IMG/VR virus record: IMGVR_UViG_3300036985_005960
Coordinates: 1,765-65,764 of that record
Strand: one strand, 5' to 3'
From: a virus
Taxonomy: Duplodnaviria; Caudoviricetes
DNA length: 64,000 bases
In this document: piece by piece, positions 42,098 to 52,094 of the stretch
Numbering within the stretch: position 1 is the first letter of the stretch
Layout: every line of letters begins with the position of its first letter
The notes under the pieces: generated by a model
Databases searched by the model: none
The model's input: the letters and a program-made list of their open reading frames with translations, nothing else
What the model was told of the DNA's origin: nothing
Program-made: the position numbers and the translations under genes

Positions 42098-42347
42098 ATT
42101 CGGTTTTTATTATATTGTAAAATTGTGTTAAGAATCCATGATCTGGTTCCATTAATTCTAGAGTATCCATCTTAGATAAACCTTTCTGTGTTTTATACAA
42201 GATATGTATATCTGTACCAGATTGCTTTGTAAATTCGGCATAAAGCGTATTATAGGCATCTTTAAAGGCTACCCCATATTGAGTAGCCATTTCTCGGATC
42301 ATACGGTTAATATGAAATCTCTTATATTTATAGCAGAACGGAATCAT
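42072..42347 (-). CDS. Hypothetical protein
   Basis: 91-aa ORF overlapping its neighbours. Confidence 0.5.
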   Translation of the reverse strand: MIPFCYKYKRFHINRMIREMATQYGVAFKDAYNTLYAEFTKQSGTDIHILYKTQKGLSKMDTLELMEPDHGFLTQFYNIIKTEYEGFPRNK

Positions 42348-42688
42348 GATAATTTTAGAAATTCATTTATCAATAAAAAAGATTCATCATTAAATTTGAT
42401 AGTTTTGTATTCAATCTCAAATTCTGTTTCTCCTACACAAAGCCAATTCAATGCTTCTTGTACCATGAAAGGTAATTCTGAGTCTAAACCATATTCTTTA
42501 ACATACATTTTATCTGAGTTAGAGGTAGCAACATCTTCTGATGATTCATCACCTGCTATTACACGATCTATCCTACCTTGGTAAAGGTCTAATAGCCAGT
42601 CTTCTCCTGTGGAGTACAAAAAAGCGTACCCACCATCTTCGACAACGATATCAATATCGCTGTCATTTTTAATTACTAATACTTTCAT
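42344..42688 (-). CDS. Hypothetical acidic protein
   Basis: 114-aa ORF, translationally coupled. Confidence 0.5.
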   Translation of the reverse strand: MKVLVIKNDSDIDIVVEDGGYAFLYSTGEDWLLDLYQGRIDRVIAGDESSEDVATSNSDKMYVKEYGLDSELPFMVQEALNWLCVGETEFEIEYKTIKFNDESFLLINEFLKLS

Positions 42689-43011
42689 CGTTGTATTATT
42701 TTTCCTGCGTTTATAGAATATTCTCCTTGATTAGCACCACCACCGGTTGCACTTATGTTTCCTGTAAAAAGAACAGAAAATACTTTTTTATAAGTACTTA
42801 ACACATTAACTTTTCTTGCTGCACGATGAGAACCAGATAACCATTTTAGATTTACATGAATAGATTTTATCGCTCCAGGATTACCACTAACAAAGAATAG
42901 ACATCTTTCGCCGCCCTTGTAAAGTTTAAAAACTTCACAAGTATCTCTATCTATAAGTACATCAGTATAGCCTGGAACCAGTCTCCTAGTTTCAGTTTCT
43001 ATATTATTCAT
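42685..43011 (-). CDS. Hypothetical protein
   Basis: 108-aa ORF, translationally coupled. Confidence 0.45.
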   Translation of the reverse strand: MNNIETETRRLVPGYTDVLIDRDTCEVFKLYKGGERCLFFVSGNPGAIKSIHVNLKWLSGSHRAARKVNVLSTYKKVFSVLFTGNISATGGGANQGEYSINAGKIIQR

Positions 43012-44164
43012 AATCTCTTACAGATTTAAATTTAGGAAAACGTAATTTTCCGTATTCAGTTAATCCAAAATATTCAACAGTTCCTTGTTGCCCAATAACG
43101 CTTATTTTGTTTTCCAAAAGATCTTTACATTTAATGTGATTCCAACCTCTTGCCATTCCAGCATCTTGTTGTACTCCATTATGTTTAATAATAATCTTTG
43201 CAGCAACACCCTTATTAGTTCCTTCACCTTCAATTACATCAATGATTTCACATTCTGTATCCATTTTTTCTTTACGTTTAAGTAAATATGGGGAGCGTTT
43301 ATCAACGTCATAAGGGGAACCTTTTAATCTTAAGATAGAGCCTTCATAACCTTCTGCTAAAGCTTTATTATGAAATTCTGTATAGTGTTCTTCAGATTCT
43401 ACAAATTCAGACTTTTCATGAAGAATATAGTCTAATTTCAAATCAGTTTTAAACCATATAGTTAAAGTTTCATCTCTATCAAGAGCATCAAGTTGAGTGT
43501 CATCCTTATCATAATAATCGTAAATATGATATTCAGCATTAGCTTTAGAATATTCACGTTCTGCAGGAGTAGGTTTTTGTTTTCTAAGAATTGACATTAA
43601 TTCCTCAAACTCATACTTTAAAGCATGATTGTAGAATTCGCCATCTAATATAATAGTTGGATGTTGTTCAAAGAATGGTTTTAAGGATTCTTTAATATGA
43701 TTGCAGTTTAACCATTCTTTTCCTGTACGTGTTTGAAGATATACTTTACCATCTTTTAACATAGCATTACATCTTGCACCATCTAATTTATTAGAAGCTA
43801 AAGCCGGCCATGATATAGGTTTCTTCTTGATATAATCAGGATAAACCATTCCTGATGGACACAACATTGGCAGCCATAATTTATTATCAGCAATTTCTTC
43901 TATTGATCTGAAATAATTACTACGAAGCTTTTTACCTACTTCTTGTTCAACCATTAAATGACTTTGTTGCTCTGGTGTAGTAGCGTTAGATTTACCAACA
44001 TTTTGAGCTTTTGCCTCAGAAAAAATTGGATCCTTGATTTTTCCGCCTAATTGACCATCAGTACAGAATATACCAAAAATATCATCTTTAGTACCTTGCC
44101 AACATTGCCAAATTCTTGTTTTACCTTTTGAATCTGAGGTGTACAGAGTTGTTTTATTTTCCAT
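43004..44164 (-). CDS. ATP-dependent DNA ligase
   Basis: KLDGAR (motif I), LDGEFY, YD, EGSILR, LLKRK, LRFPKF. Confidence 0.93.
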   Translation of the reverse strand: MENKTTLYTSDSKGKTRIWQCWQGTKDDIFGIFCTDGQLGGKIKDPIFSEAKAQNVGKSNATTPEQQSHLMVEQEVGKKLRSNYFRSIEEIADNKLWLPMLCPSGMVYPDYIKKKPISWPALASNKLDGARCNAMLKDGKVYLQTRTGKEWLNCNHIKESLKPFFEQHPTIILDGEFYNHALKYEFEELMSILRKQKPTPAEREYSKANAEYHIYDYYDKDDTQLDALDRDETLTIWFKTDLKLDYILHEKSEFVESEEHYTEFHNKALAEGYEGSILRLKGSPYDVDKRSPYLLKRKEKMDTECEIIDVIEGEGTNKGVAAKIIIKHNGVQQDAGMARGWNHIKCKDLLENKISVIGQQGTVEYFGLTEYGKLRFPKFKSVRDYE

Positions 44165-44634
44165 TATAATTTTATAATTTTCTGTTGTTCTTTACTAAAA
44201 TAACAAGGTTTAATATCTGTTGTTTTTATATGCTCCATCATTCTTGTGAATTCCGGTAATTTCAAATCATCATCAGACATCTCATGTCTAGAGAAATATT
44301 TATCTATTGATTCTTTATTAGATCGAATTAAATCTCCATTACCACATAAGTTATCAAGATTATCAAGCATCCAACTTCTACAAGCAAACATTGATGGGGT
44401 AATAAAATGATTTCTTGACGCGATAACTTGGGCTACACAGAATATTCCATATTTTGTATCATCCCAATTCCATTTATAAATAAATCCAATTGGAATTAAA
44501 CTTATATCTGCAGCACCTTTATTTTCACAATCTTCAATATATTCTTTATCATAACTTTTGTTATGACAAATTTCACATTCATATTCTATATTAACTTTCA
44601 TATTATATATCTTTTTGTATAAATGTTTTAACAA
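44164..44634 (-). CDS. Hypothetical protein with N-terminal CxxC
   Basis: YECEICH...CE. Confidence 0.5.
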   Translation of the reverse strand: MLKHLYKKIYNMKVNIEYECEICHNKSYDKEYIEDCENKGAADISLIPIGFIYKWNWDDTKYGIFCVAQVIASRNHFITPSMFACRSWMLDNLDNLCGNGDLIRSNKESIDKYFSRHEMSDDDLKLPEFTRMMEHIKTTDIKPCYFSKEQQKIIKL

Positions 44635-44824
44635 ATATTGTTCTTATTGACTTTGACGGTAAACCATCTTCAGAAAAATCACCATCCATATCATCTACTT
44701 CTGGTATACCAGATTTAGTAAATGATACAATTTGTCCATGTTCCATATTAGTAGCTTGTCTAGCCGGTTTATAGGCAATATAATCACCTACTTTAACCTC
44801 TTGTCCTATTGAATCTTTATGCAT
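44603..44824 (-). CDS. Hypothetical protein (SH3/KOW-like)
   Basis: DSIGQEVKVGDYI. Confidence 0.5.
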   Translation of the reverse strand: MHKDSIGQEVKVGDYIAYKPARQATNMEHGQIVSFTKSGIPEVDDMDGDFSEDGLPSKSIRTIFVKTFIQKDI

Positions 44825-45008
44825 TCCAGTTTCTGAGTTTTTTATGTTCTTCTTCAGTTCTCATCCATTTTAAACACGGTCTGTCTTCTGACATGGTTAA
44901 TGAGGAAATTAAACCTAACATTTCATCATATCCTAATGGTCCGCTGTTTTTCTTCCCTTGATGTACTATAAAACAACCTGTTTCTTTTATAATTTTTATT
45001 TCTTCCAT
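44817..45008 (-). CDS. Hypothetical protein
   Basis: 63-aa ORF, translationally coupled. Confidence 0.5.
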   Translation of the reverse strand: MEEIKIIKETGCFIVHQGKKNSGPLGYDEMLGLISSLTMSEDRPCLKWMRTEEEHKKLRNWNA

Positions 45009-46507
45009 TATTCTTTTCTAAAACTGTTAATATACAAATCACTGGTTAATATACTCAAAGCAACAGAAGTAGCATTAATTAAAGTACTTTCAACAGTTTT
45101 GTAACTATCTAGAATATTTAATTTTCTTGCATCTGCTGTCTTATTAGATCTCAAGTCATGAGTTACAAAGAATTTTGAAGAAATTACTTCTCCAATAATT
45201 TTATTACTTTTATAGGTTGCATCACATAATGCAAAACAACTATTAAATATTAATGCTTCTCCAAGAGACATTTCTTTTTCTCGAAACTTTTTATTATTAA
45301 GGATAATTGCAGCTTTCAGAATTGAGATTCCTCCACCTGGCAATACACCATATTTCAAGGCATTTTGACAAGCTTTTAAACCATCATCATATAAATCTTT
45401 TCTTTCTTGAAATTCAGTATCAGTAGCACCATATATGCTAAGAATAGCATTCTTACTCGATAAACTAGAAATTCTGTCTTGTAGTTTCTTTATTTTGAAA
45501 TCCACAGAAGTAGAATTAATTTGATTTTTAATCATAGTAATTCTATCATCAATAATAGTTTTATAATCCTCAAATTTAGATAGAGGTTCAGAAATAATAG
45601 TTTTATCTTGAGTTATTTTAAAACCTTTGATACTACTAACCATAGAAGCATCACATTGTTCATGTACTGCTATGCTTGTATTACAATACAAAGCTAAATC
45701 TTCTAAGAAAAATTGTCTTTGTTCGCCAAATTCAGGTAATTTTACTGGTATAATAGGAACACCATTCTTAAAGTTTTTAATACAAAGCTGTATAAAACCA
45801 TTAGAAAAATCTTCTGCTATTACTAATAAAGGTTTACCCTTTGTCATTAAAGAAGCTATCTTCTTAAGATCCTCAAGTTTTTCATTGAAAATTATAACAT
45901 TTGATTCAATACTAAATTCACATGAATTACTTTGTACATTATTAATAAACATTGGAGATATATAACCTCTGTTAAATTTATATCCATTATTAAGTAAAAA
46001 AGAATCTATGTTAAAAGATTGTTCATACTCAAAATGTCCATTTATACCACAATGATCTATAATATCTGTAATAATTCTTGCTATTTCGGTATTACCATTA
46101 CAAGACGTTTTTGCAATACCAAATAAATCAAATTTAAAGCTAACCTTTTTCTTTAATTCTTTTAGTAAAGAACTAACTACATTATTAGCATCAGTTTTCA
46201 ATTTATTGATATCAAAACTTTCTGGTAATTCTGCTTTTAAAATCATATCACTAGCAAAAATAACAGTACTAGAAGTACCATCACCAGCCATTGATAAAGT
46301 TCTATTAGCAGCTTGTCTAACAATTTCTATACCAGCTTGAGTTTCTGATTCTTCAAATTTGTTAGTATTATTAGCTACTGTTACTCCATCTTTTGTTATT
46401 ATCAATTCTCCGTCTAAAGTATGTATAATTACATTCTTTCCAAGCGGACCAAAAGTTTTAATAACATTATCATTTAGTAATTTTACTCCTTTTCTTATAT
46501 TATCCAT
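45008..46507 (-). CDS. groEL: Phage-encoded GroEL-like chaperonin
   Basis: TFGPLGKNV, ITKDGVTVA, AGDGTSS, GYKFNRGYISPMF, PLLVIAED, PEFGEQR, GVLPGGG. Confidence 0.9.
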   Translation of the reverse strand: MDNIRKGVKLLNDNVIKTFGPLGKNVIIHTLDGELIITKDGVTVANNTNKFEESETQAGIEIVRQAANRTLSMAGDGTSSTVIFASDMILKAELPESFDINKLKTDANNVVSSLLKELKKKVSFKFDLFGIAKTSCNGNTEIARIITDIIDHCGINGHFEYEQSFNIDSFLLNNGYKFNRGYISPMFINNVQSNSCEFSIESNVIIFNEKLEDLKKIASLMTKGKPLLVIAEDFSNGFIQLCIKNFKNGVPIIPVKLPEFGEQRQFFLEDLALYCNTSIAVHEQCDASMVSSIKGFKITQDKTIISEPLSKFEDYKTIIDDRITMIKNQINSTSVDFKIKKLQDRISSLSSKNAILSIYGATDTEFQERKDLYDDGLKACQNALKYGVLPGGGISILKAAIILNNKKFREKEMSLGEALIFNSCFALCDATYKSNKIIGEVISSKFFVTHDLRSNKTADARKLNILDSYKTVESTLINATSVALSILTSDLYINSFRKE

Positions 46508-46510
46508 TTA

Positions 46511-46732
46511 TTATAAGTATTTATCAAAATAAATATCTTCAAAAGTACCGATAGATTCTGTATCATCTACTTCTGACCTTACACCAGTAACATTATGTTT
46601 TTCAAAAAATTTACTAACAGTTAATTTATTGTCTTCAACTTTTAACACTTTATAGATTCTGTTAAAATTACGGTCATTAAATTCCGGAACCAGTATAACT
46701 AATTCTTTTTCTTTAAAATTCTTCATCTTCAA
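46511..46732 (-). CDS. Hypothetical protein
   Basis: 73-aa ORF upstream of groEL. Confidence 0.45.
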   Translation of the reverse strand: MKMKNFKEKELVILVPEFNDRNFNRIYKVLKVEDNKLTVSKFFEKHNVTGVRSEVDDTESIGTFEDIYFDKYL

Positions 46733-47288
46733 TTAAATCTTTTTCTTCGTTAATATTGTTATCTTCTTTTTCACCAAAATCGTCAGATGCTTCTACACCA
46801 CATAAATTTTCATAGCCAAAGCTTAGTTTTTTACATTTAGTAAGACATCTTGTAAATTCTGCTGAATCTCGGTATTGTTTGAAACTTGTCTCTCTTAAAT
46901 CATCAATTTTATCCCAATAAACATCAGGACATAAAGGAAATAATTCAATAAATTCATCTGGAAAATTATCCATTAATAAAATACATTTATCCAAAAATAT
47001 TTCAAATCTTTTTAAATGATCTGAACTCCTTAAAGTAAATTCTACTTTTTTAAGTTTTCTGGTATATCCGTAGTAATAATTGAAAATCTCTAGCCATTTT
47101 TCAGCTATATCATCTTCGGTTTTTGTTCTGTTTTCGTAAAGTTCAAATACAAATAATTTTAAATTTATCGGTAGTTGAACATATACTTTTTTAAATTCTG
47201 TTTCCGAAATGCTATATAAATAAATTAGTTTATCACTAACTTCATCCATATATTTCCTGAAACTAAATACTGCTAAATTAATTTCCAT
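46713..47288 (-). CDS. Hypothetical protein
   Basis: 191-aa ORF with an acidic tail. Confidence 0.55.
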   Translation of the reverse strand: MEINLAVFSFRKYMDEVSDKLIYLYSISETEFKKVYVQLPINLKLFVFELYENRTKTEDDIAEKWLEIFNYYYGYTRKLKKVEFTLRSSDHLKRFEIFLDKCILLMDNFPDEFIELFPLCPDVYWDKIDDLRETSFKQYRDSAEFTRCLTKCKKLSFGYENLCGVEASDDFGEKEDNNINEEKDLIEDEEF

Positions 47289-48355
47289 GATTTTATTAAT
47301 TTTATAGTTTCTTTTTCTTTATGATTATCACGAAAATCTGATATATCTTTATCTAATACTTTTAGTTTATCATTCATCATAATACGTTTTGTAGATACAA
47401 ATCTGTAGTCAGTTAATCCTAATCTTCTGCAATGTTGTACAAATTTAACACCGGCCAAATCAAAATCAGCTACTATAAATATCTTTTTATATCTCTTTTT
47501 GATATATTCAACAAATTCTAAATTTAGATTTATAGATTCTGCATGTGGGGCAATTACATCAATCGTGTATTCTAAAATTTGAAACAATTCATAAAAACAC
47601 ATTATATCTTTATTACTCTTGGTAATAAGTAATGAGTCATTATCATCAGAAAGTTGTTCAAATCCTTGATAATATCTAAAATCGTCACCTGGACACTTGT
47701 TTCTAAATTTAAATTGCTTTATTTCCATAGGTCTATAAAGTTTTACTTTATCCCATATTTCATAAATAAAAGCAAGATCGCGTAGTTTAAATTCTTTTAA
47801 AATAGTATTGTCTTCGGCTATTAAATATTTTACAGATTTTACTTTAAATTTTTTAAGTGTAGATTCTTTGATACCATATCTTCCCCAATATTCTAAATCA
47901 TTTTTAGTATACGGTCTTGATTTATATAGTATATCGAAATCTTTGTGGACTAGAGTTCTCTCAATTCTTTTAGAAATAGGCTCCTGATTTTTATCAAATA
48001 AGCCTAATTGCATTTGTTGATCAATGAAACTTATAACAGAATATCTTGTATCAAGTTCTAATCCAAATTCATGAAAGGCAATATATTTAACAAATTGAAA
48101 AACATTTCCAAATCTTCCATCTGCTAGATCTTTGAACCAAATCTCATCCGGTCTATCTAATTGTATACGTGTTGGTAAATAGATGCAAAATGACGGTACA
48201 TCATCTACATCTCTAATTGGTGATTTTACTGCCTGGCCGAGTTCTATATCAAAGCCAAGAAAAAACGAATAAATAGAGTAGTCATCAATCAATAAAAATA
48301 ATTTATCGGATAAGCTAACTCTCTTTAAAATAACTTCTCTTAAAATACTCTTCAT
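47273..48355 (-). CDS. DNA primase (crAss-like, TOPRIM)
   Basis: SPIR..D.PSF, FKD..DG, YWGRYGI, LITKSNKD, DFDLAG, KDISD. Confidence 0.8.
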   Translation of the reverse strand: MKSILREVILKRVSLSDKLFLLIDDYSIYSFFLGFDIELGQAVKSPIRDVDDVPSFCIYLPTRIQLDRPDEIWFKDLADGRFGNVFQFVKYIAFHEFGLELDTRYSVISFIDQQMQLGLFDKNQEPISKRIERTLVHKDFDILYKSRPYTKNDLEYWGRYGIKESTLKKFKVKSVKYLIAEDNTILKEFKLRDLAFIYEIWDKVKLYRPMEIKQFKFRNKCPGDDFRYYQGFEQLSDDNDSLLITKSNKDIMCFYELFQILEYTIDVIAPHAESINLNLEFVEYIKKRYKKIFIVADFDLAGVKFVQHCRRLGLTDYRFVSTKRIMMNDKLKVLDKDISDFRDNHKEKETIKLIKSWKLI

Positions 48356-48364
48356 AATTGATAT

Positions 48365-48400
48365 AAAAAGAGGACTCTTAATTAAAAGAATCCTCTCTTA
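48365..48400 (-). terminator. Rho-independent terminator
   Basis: On the - strand, an AGAGGATTCT...AGAGTCCTCT hairpin followed by TTTT. Confidence 0.65.
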
Positions 48401-48417
48401 TTTTGTTTTTAAATTTA

Positions 48418-49134
48418 TTAAATTCCAGATAACACACTAGATTTATCTGAAGGAGCTTTACCTTTTTCGTCAGGAACTGAAGTCTGAGGAACCAATGCAG
48501 ATTCTTTCATCTTTAGTTCATAAGCACTGATCTTCAGGAAGCTATAATCACCAGACATTAAAGAACAGAATTTGTCTTCTCTTGGTAATTGTAAGTATTT
48601 ACCAGATTTTTCGGTAACAACTTTCAAAGCAATTAATGGACTTTCGATTCCAATTTTGTCTGCTACAATTTCTTCAAAATCATTGTACATCTTATCTTGC
48701 AAAACTTTACAAGACTTAGGAGCTTTCAAAGCTTCTTCGATATCTTCTGCTGATTTAAAACCAGTTGTAGGATCATAAGTCTCATCTGGTGCTAAAATCT
48801 TAGCTAGAACAGTCAACTTAGATAATTGTTCAACAAAATTATCGAACGTATATTTAGATTCAGGATCTAAATTAAAGAAATTAAATTCTGTTTGTCCAAT
48901 AACTTCATTCTTCTTGTTATATTTAGCAAATGTTAAATATGTATTGCGTTTAACGACTTCACCTTCTCTCATACGAGGAGTGTTATCAATTTTAACCAAT
49001 CTACAATCTAAATTTACTCCAAAGTCCAATTGTGGACTATGTTGGTTAAGACTCATTAAGAATCTTAAAATGCTTGTTTCTTCTACTGTTGTATCAGGAG
49101 CTGGCTTAGCTACTTCTTTCTTTTTTGGAGGCAT
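48418..49134 (-). CDS. Putative ssDNA-binding/replication protein, paralog 1
   Basis: Visible similarity to 49399-50058; lies between the annealer and the primase. Confidence 0.4.
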   Translation of the reverse strand: MPPKKKEVAKPAPDTTVEETSILRFLMSLNQHSPQLDFGVNLDCRLVKIDNTPRMREGEVVKRNTYLTFAKYNKKNEVIGQTEFNFFNLDPESKYTFDNFVEQLSKLTVLAKILAPDETYDPTTGFKSAEDIEEALKAPKSCKVLQDKMYNDFEEIVADKIGIESPLIALKVVTEKSGKYLQLPREDKFCSLMSGDYSFLKISAYELKMKESALVPQTSVPDEKGKAPSDKSSVLSGI

Positions 49135-49135
49135 A

Positions 49136-49399
49136 TTAATCTTTTATTAAATTAGATGGTGTAAAAAATACTGTATTTGATGATAGTATAAAGGTAGCTG
49201 TCAATGGATCAAATATTACGATTGGTTGAAATCTAGTCATAGATTCATAACCTGGTAGCACGAAATATTCAGATTCAGGTATACCTTTCGGATATTTGCT
49301 AGAAATTATTCTCACGAATCGATCTGCAAATCGAAAGCATTGTATCCTATTCCATTTGTAATGTTTGGACTTTATACTTTGGAATAATTGTAAATCCAT
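49136..49399 (-). CDS. Hypothetical protein
   Basis: 87-aa ORF, translationally coupled. Confidence 0.45.
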   Translation of the reverse strand: MDLQLFQSIKSKHYKWNRIQCFRFADRFVRIISSKYPKGIPESEYFVLPGYESMTRFQPIVIFDPLTATFILSSNTVFFTPSNLIKD

Positions 49400-50058
49400 T
49401 AAATAGCTGATAAAGTTTTAGAACTCACCGGTGTATTAGTTATTACATTACGGCTTTTAATTTCGTTTTCTATTTCATTCTTAGAAAATTTCAATTTAGA
49501 ATCTTCTTTAGCAACTGAGGATTTTTCAACAAAATTATTATATTGAGGTTGCCCAATATATTTTCCTTTAGAATCAAATGTTAATTTAAGACGAACTGGC
49601 TCTTTATTCAAATTATCAACCATAGCAGCGGTATAAGCTTTAGCGATATCTAACATAAGATTTTTATTGTTGTCTTTATCTTTTAGAATATTCTCTAATG
49701 ATTCTTCATCAACAATTTCAAAATCAGCTAAGATTGGATCGAAGATTGCATTAACTTCCGTTGGTGTATGAAAACACTCAAGAATATTAACTAATTGGGT
49801 GATCTGTGAAGTAAATTTACTCTTAACAAATTCATTACCATTGTCTAATTCATACCAACTAACCTCTTTTTCTCCCATAGTATTACCATCTTTGTCGAAT
49901 TTAACAAATTTAGTATTACAATTCCATTTAGAGGCTTGACCTTCTTTTCCTGGCTTACCAGCAACCGTCACTTCTGTGATAACACAATTTTCATGAATAT
50001 CATGACCTAATTCTGCTTTCTTTGCTTTACTTAATAGACTTTTTAATAAGTTACTCAT
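49399..50058 (-). CDS. Putative ssDNA-binding/replication protein, paralog 2
   Basis: IHENCVITEV...VRLKLTFDSKGKY...PQYNNFVE; same genomic context as paralog 1. Confidence 0.4.
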   Translation of the reverse strand: MSNLLKSLLSKAKKAELGHDIHENCVITEVTVAGKPGKEGQASKWNCNTKFVKFDKDGNTMGEKEVSWYELDNGNEFVKSKFTSQITQLVNILECFHTPTEVNAIFDPILADFEIVDEESLENILKDKDNNKNLMLDIAKAYTAAMVDNLNKEPVRLKLTFDSKGKYIGQPQYNNFVEKSSVAKEDSKLKFSKNEIENEIKSRNVITNTPVSSKTLSAI

Positions 50059-50080
50059 AGTTTATTATTTATTTATTTAA

Positions 50081-50731
50081 TTATTTTACTTCTGTGAAAT
50101 CAACATCAACAACACTTACTTCGCCATTTTCTTCTACTTTTAATTCTATGTTAGGATCTTGTTCTGCTAATTCCTCAACAGTATACATACCTAAAAGAAT
50201 TTCCGGTGCAACAGCCCTAACAGCGGCAGATATACATCTCGCTCTAAGCATTGCTTTAGGATATTTTTTGTAAGTAGGATTAGATTCAGTTAGACCAGCA
50301 AGTTCTAATTCTTTCCAAGTCATTTTGAATTTTTGAGAAATTTCTCGTTTCAAAGCTTTGGATACCCAGAAGATTTCAATTTCTGTAGTAATTCTGGTAG
50401 CAGGTCCTTCTCCTTCAACATCCCAATCTTTAGTCCATATATACTCATAACCTTTCTTTTTTAATAAGGCTCCAAGCATAGATGAAGCAACAACCATTTT
50501 ACCAGCTATAATAGAAACACTATTAATAGCGGTTAAAGGGTCCATTCCTAATTCTTTACCGTATTGTGTAACAGCCATCAATTTTTCTTTTGTATCAATG
50601 GCTTTGGGCATTATACCTGAGTTTAATAAATCTTCAACAGACGTACTAATAGATATATCCTTTAATTTTAGACTCTTATTTTGAGTAATAGCTAGTTCGC
50701 TATTTTTTTCAATTTTATCCTTTGGAGGCAT
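50081..50731 (-). CDS. RecT/Redbeta-like single-strand annealing protein
   Basis: GKELGMDPLTAINSVSIIAGK; YPKAMLRAR; PEILLGMYTVEE. Confidence 0.75.
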   Translation of the reverse strand: MPPKDKIEKNSELAITQNKSLKLKDISISTSVEDLLNSGIMPKAIDTKEKLMAVTQYGKELGMDPLTAINSVSIIAGKMVVASSMLGALLKKKGYEYIWTKDWDVEGEGPATRITTEIEIFWVSKALKREISQKFKMTWKELELAGLTESNPTYKKYPKAMLRARCISAAVRAVAPEILLGMYTVEELAEQDPNIELKVEENGEVSVVDVDFTEVK

Positions 50732-50746
50732 ATTTTCTTATTGGAT

Positions 50747-50756
50747 TGCAAAGTTA
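50747..50756 (-). promoter_or_regulatory. Bacteroidota sigma-A -7 promoter element
   Basis: TAACTTTGCA on the - strand (consensus TAnnTTTG), in an intergenic gap ~16 nt upstream of the annealer start. Confidence 0.6.
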
Positions 50757-50774
50757 ATAATTTTTTCTGAATCT

Positions 50775-51833
50775 CTAATGTAAAGGTCTTAAGATGTTAA
50801 TAATTGAATTGTAGCCTTCTATGTCATTAGACGGAGGGGCTTCAGCTAAATAGCCACATTCTCCAATAAATATTAATCCTTTCCCAACTCCGGTTAAACC
50901 ATTTATATTTCTTACAATAGTAGCAGTCCTGAATCTATTTTTTCCATTAATAACTAATTCAGTTATAGGATATTGTTGATAGCCATTATTATTTTCATTG
51001 TAAGGATTATACATAATTATAGTTAAATCAGCATTGGATCCGAAGATACCAGCTTCTTTATAATTAGGTTCTGTTTCTCTGACTAATCTTGTTAGCATAG
51101 GTTTAGAGGGAGAAACGATAACAGTTGTTAAATTATACATCTTTTTTAATTCGATAGTATAATCGTACATTTTTTTCTTGACACCGGATTGATCAAGCAT
51201 ATTAAAACCATCAGATTCTGAGATTAAATAGTCTAAATTATCGATATACAAAATAGTTATCATTCGGGCGTTATCACCTGAAAAGATAAATTCATTTGTT
51301 TTACGATCAGTTTTACCATAATCTTCCATGATAGTTTTGGTTCTATTAAAGATACCAGTAGGTGTCATGGAACCATGTACCAGCACTAAACACTCATCAA
51401 ATAATTCTTTGAAAAATGTTTCAGCGATTTTTATTTTATCAAGATCGTTTTGGTCTAACTCTCTTAATTTACCTATACCACTATTTAAAGTAGGTATATC
51501 CATAATTATATCAAATTCCAATTTTAAGTACAAACACAGCCACTTTTGAATTTTATTCTTGAGTGTATGCTTCATACTAAAATAAATAAATTTTAACTTA
51601 GGTCTTGTGCTTGGATCCTCTTTTGACCACCATCTGAATATGCTTATAAAATAAGTATAATCCATCATAGAAGTCTTTCCAGATTCAGGCTTACCACCAA
51701 TAACAATTGATTGACCTTTTTGTATATAATTAGTATATTTACTGAATTTAGTTAATGGTATTGGTATACCAGTATTACCATAGGATCTTCCGTATTTTAC
51801 GGGTTCTTCTATAAATGTTTTGAAATAATCCAT
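50775..51833 (-). CDS. DnaB-like (SF4) helicase, divergent
   Basis: GIPIP, Walker A GKPESGKT, IYFSM, YIDNL, NAD. Confidence 0.65.
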   Translation of the reverse strand: MDYFKTFIEEPVKYGRSYGNTGIPIPLTKFSKYTNYIQKGQSIVIGGKPESGKTSMMDYTYFISIFRWWSKEDPSTRPKLKFIYFSMKHTLKNKIQKWLCLYLKLEFDIIMDIPTLNSGIGKLRELDQNDLDKIKIAETFFKELFDECLVLVHGSMTPTGIFNRTKTIMEDYGKTDRKTNEFIFSGDNARMITILYIDNLDYLISESDGFNMLDQSGVKKKMYDYTIELKKMYNLTTVIVSPSKPMLTRLVRETEPNYKEAGIFGSNADLTIIMYNPYNENNNGYQQYPITELVINGKNRFRTATIVRNINGLTGVGKGLIFIGECGYLAEAPPSNDIEGYNSIINILRPLH

Positions 51834-52093
51834 TATTTTAATGTAAAGAGTAAAAGTGATTTATCTTTCTCGTCTGGTCTTTGAACAGTCCAAGAGTCAT
51901 CCTCGCCAAAAATTTTAATAACAAACTCAATACTTGCTTTGGAAAAATTGCTTAATCTAATTTCAACGGTAAGACCTTCGAGTAAAGAATTAGCAAAATC
52001 TTCAAGTAAAGCATTAACTTCAGAAATTATTTTATTTTCACGAGCTAGTTTAATCTTAGAAAGTTTTTCTCTTGTAATAGGTTTTGTTTTCAT
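51833..52093 (-). CDS. Hypothetical protein
   Basis: 86-aa ORF, translationally coupled. Confidence 0.5.
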   Translation of the reverse strand: MKTKPITREKLSKIKLARENKIISEVNALLEDFANSLLEGLTVEIRLSNFSKASIEFVIKIFGEDDSWTVQRPDEKDKSLLLFTLK

Positions 52094-52094
52094 A

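Noticed and set aside
46511-46732. GroES candidate upstream of groEL
   Set aside because: It lacks the PLxDRV and mobile-loop GGI motifs, so the call cannot be supported.
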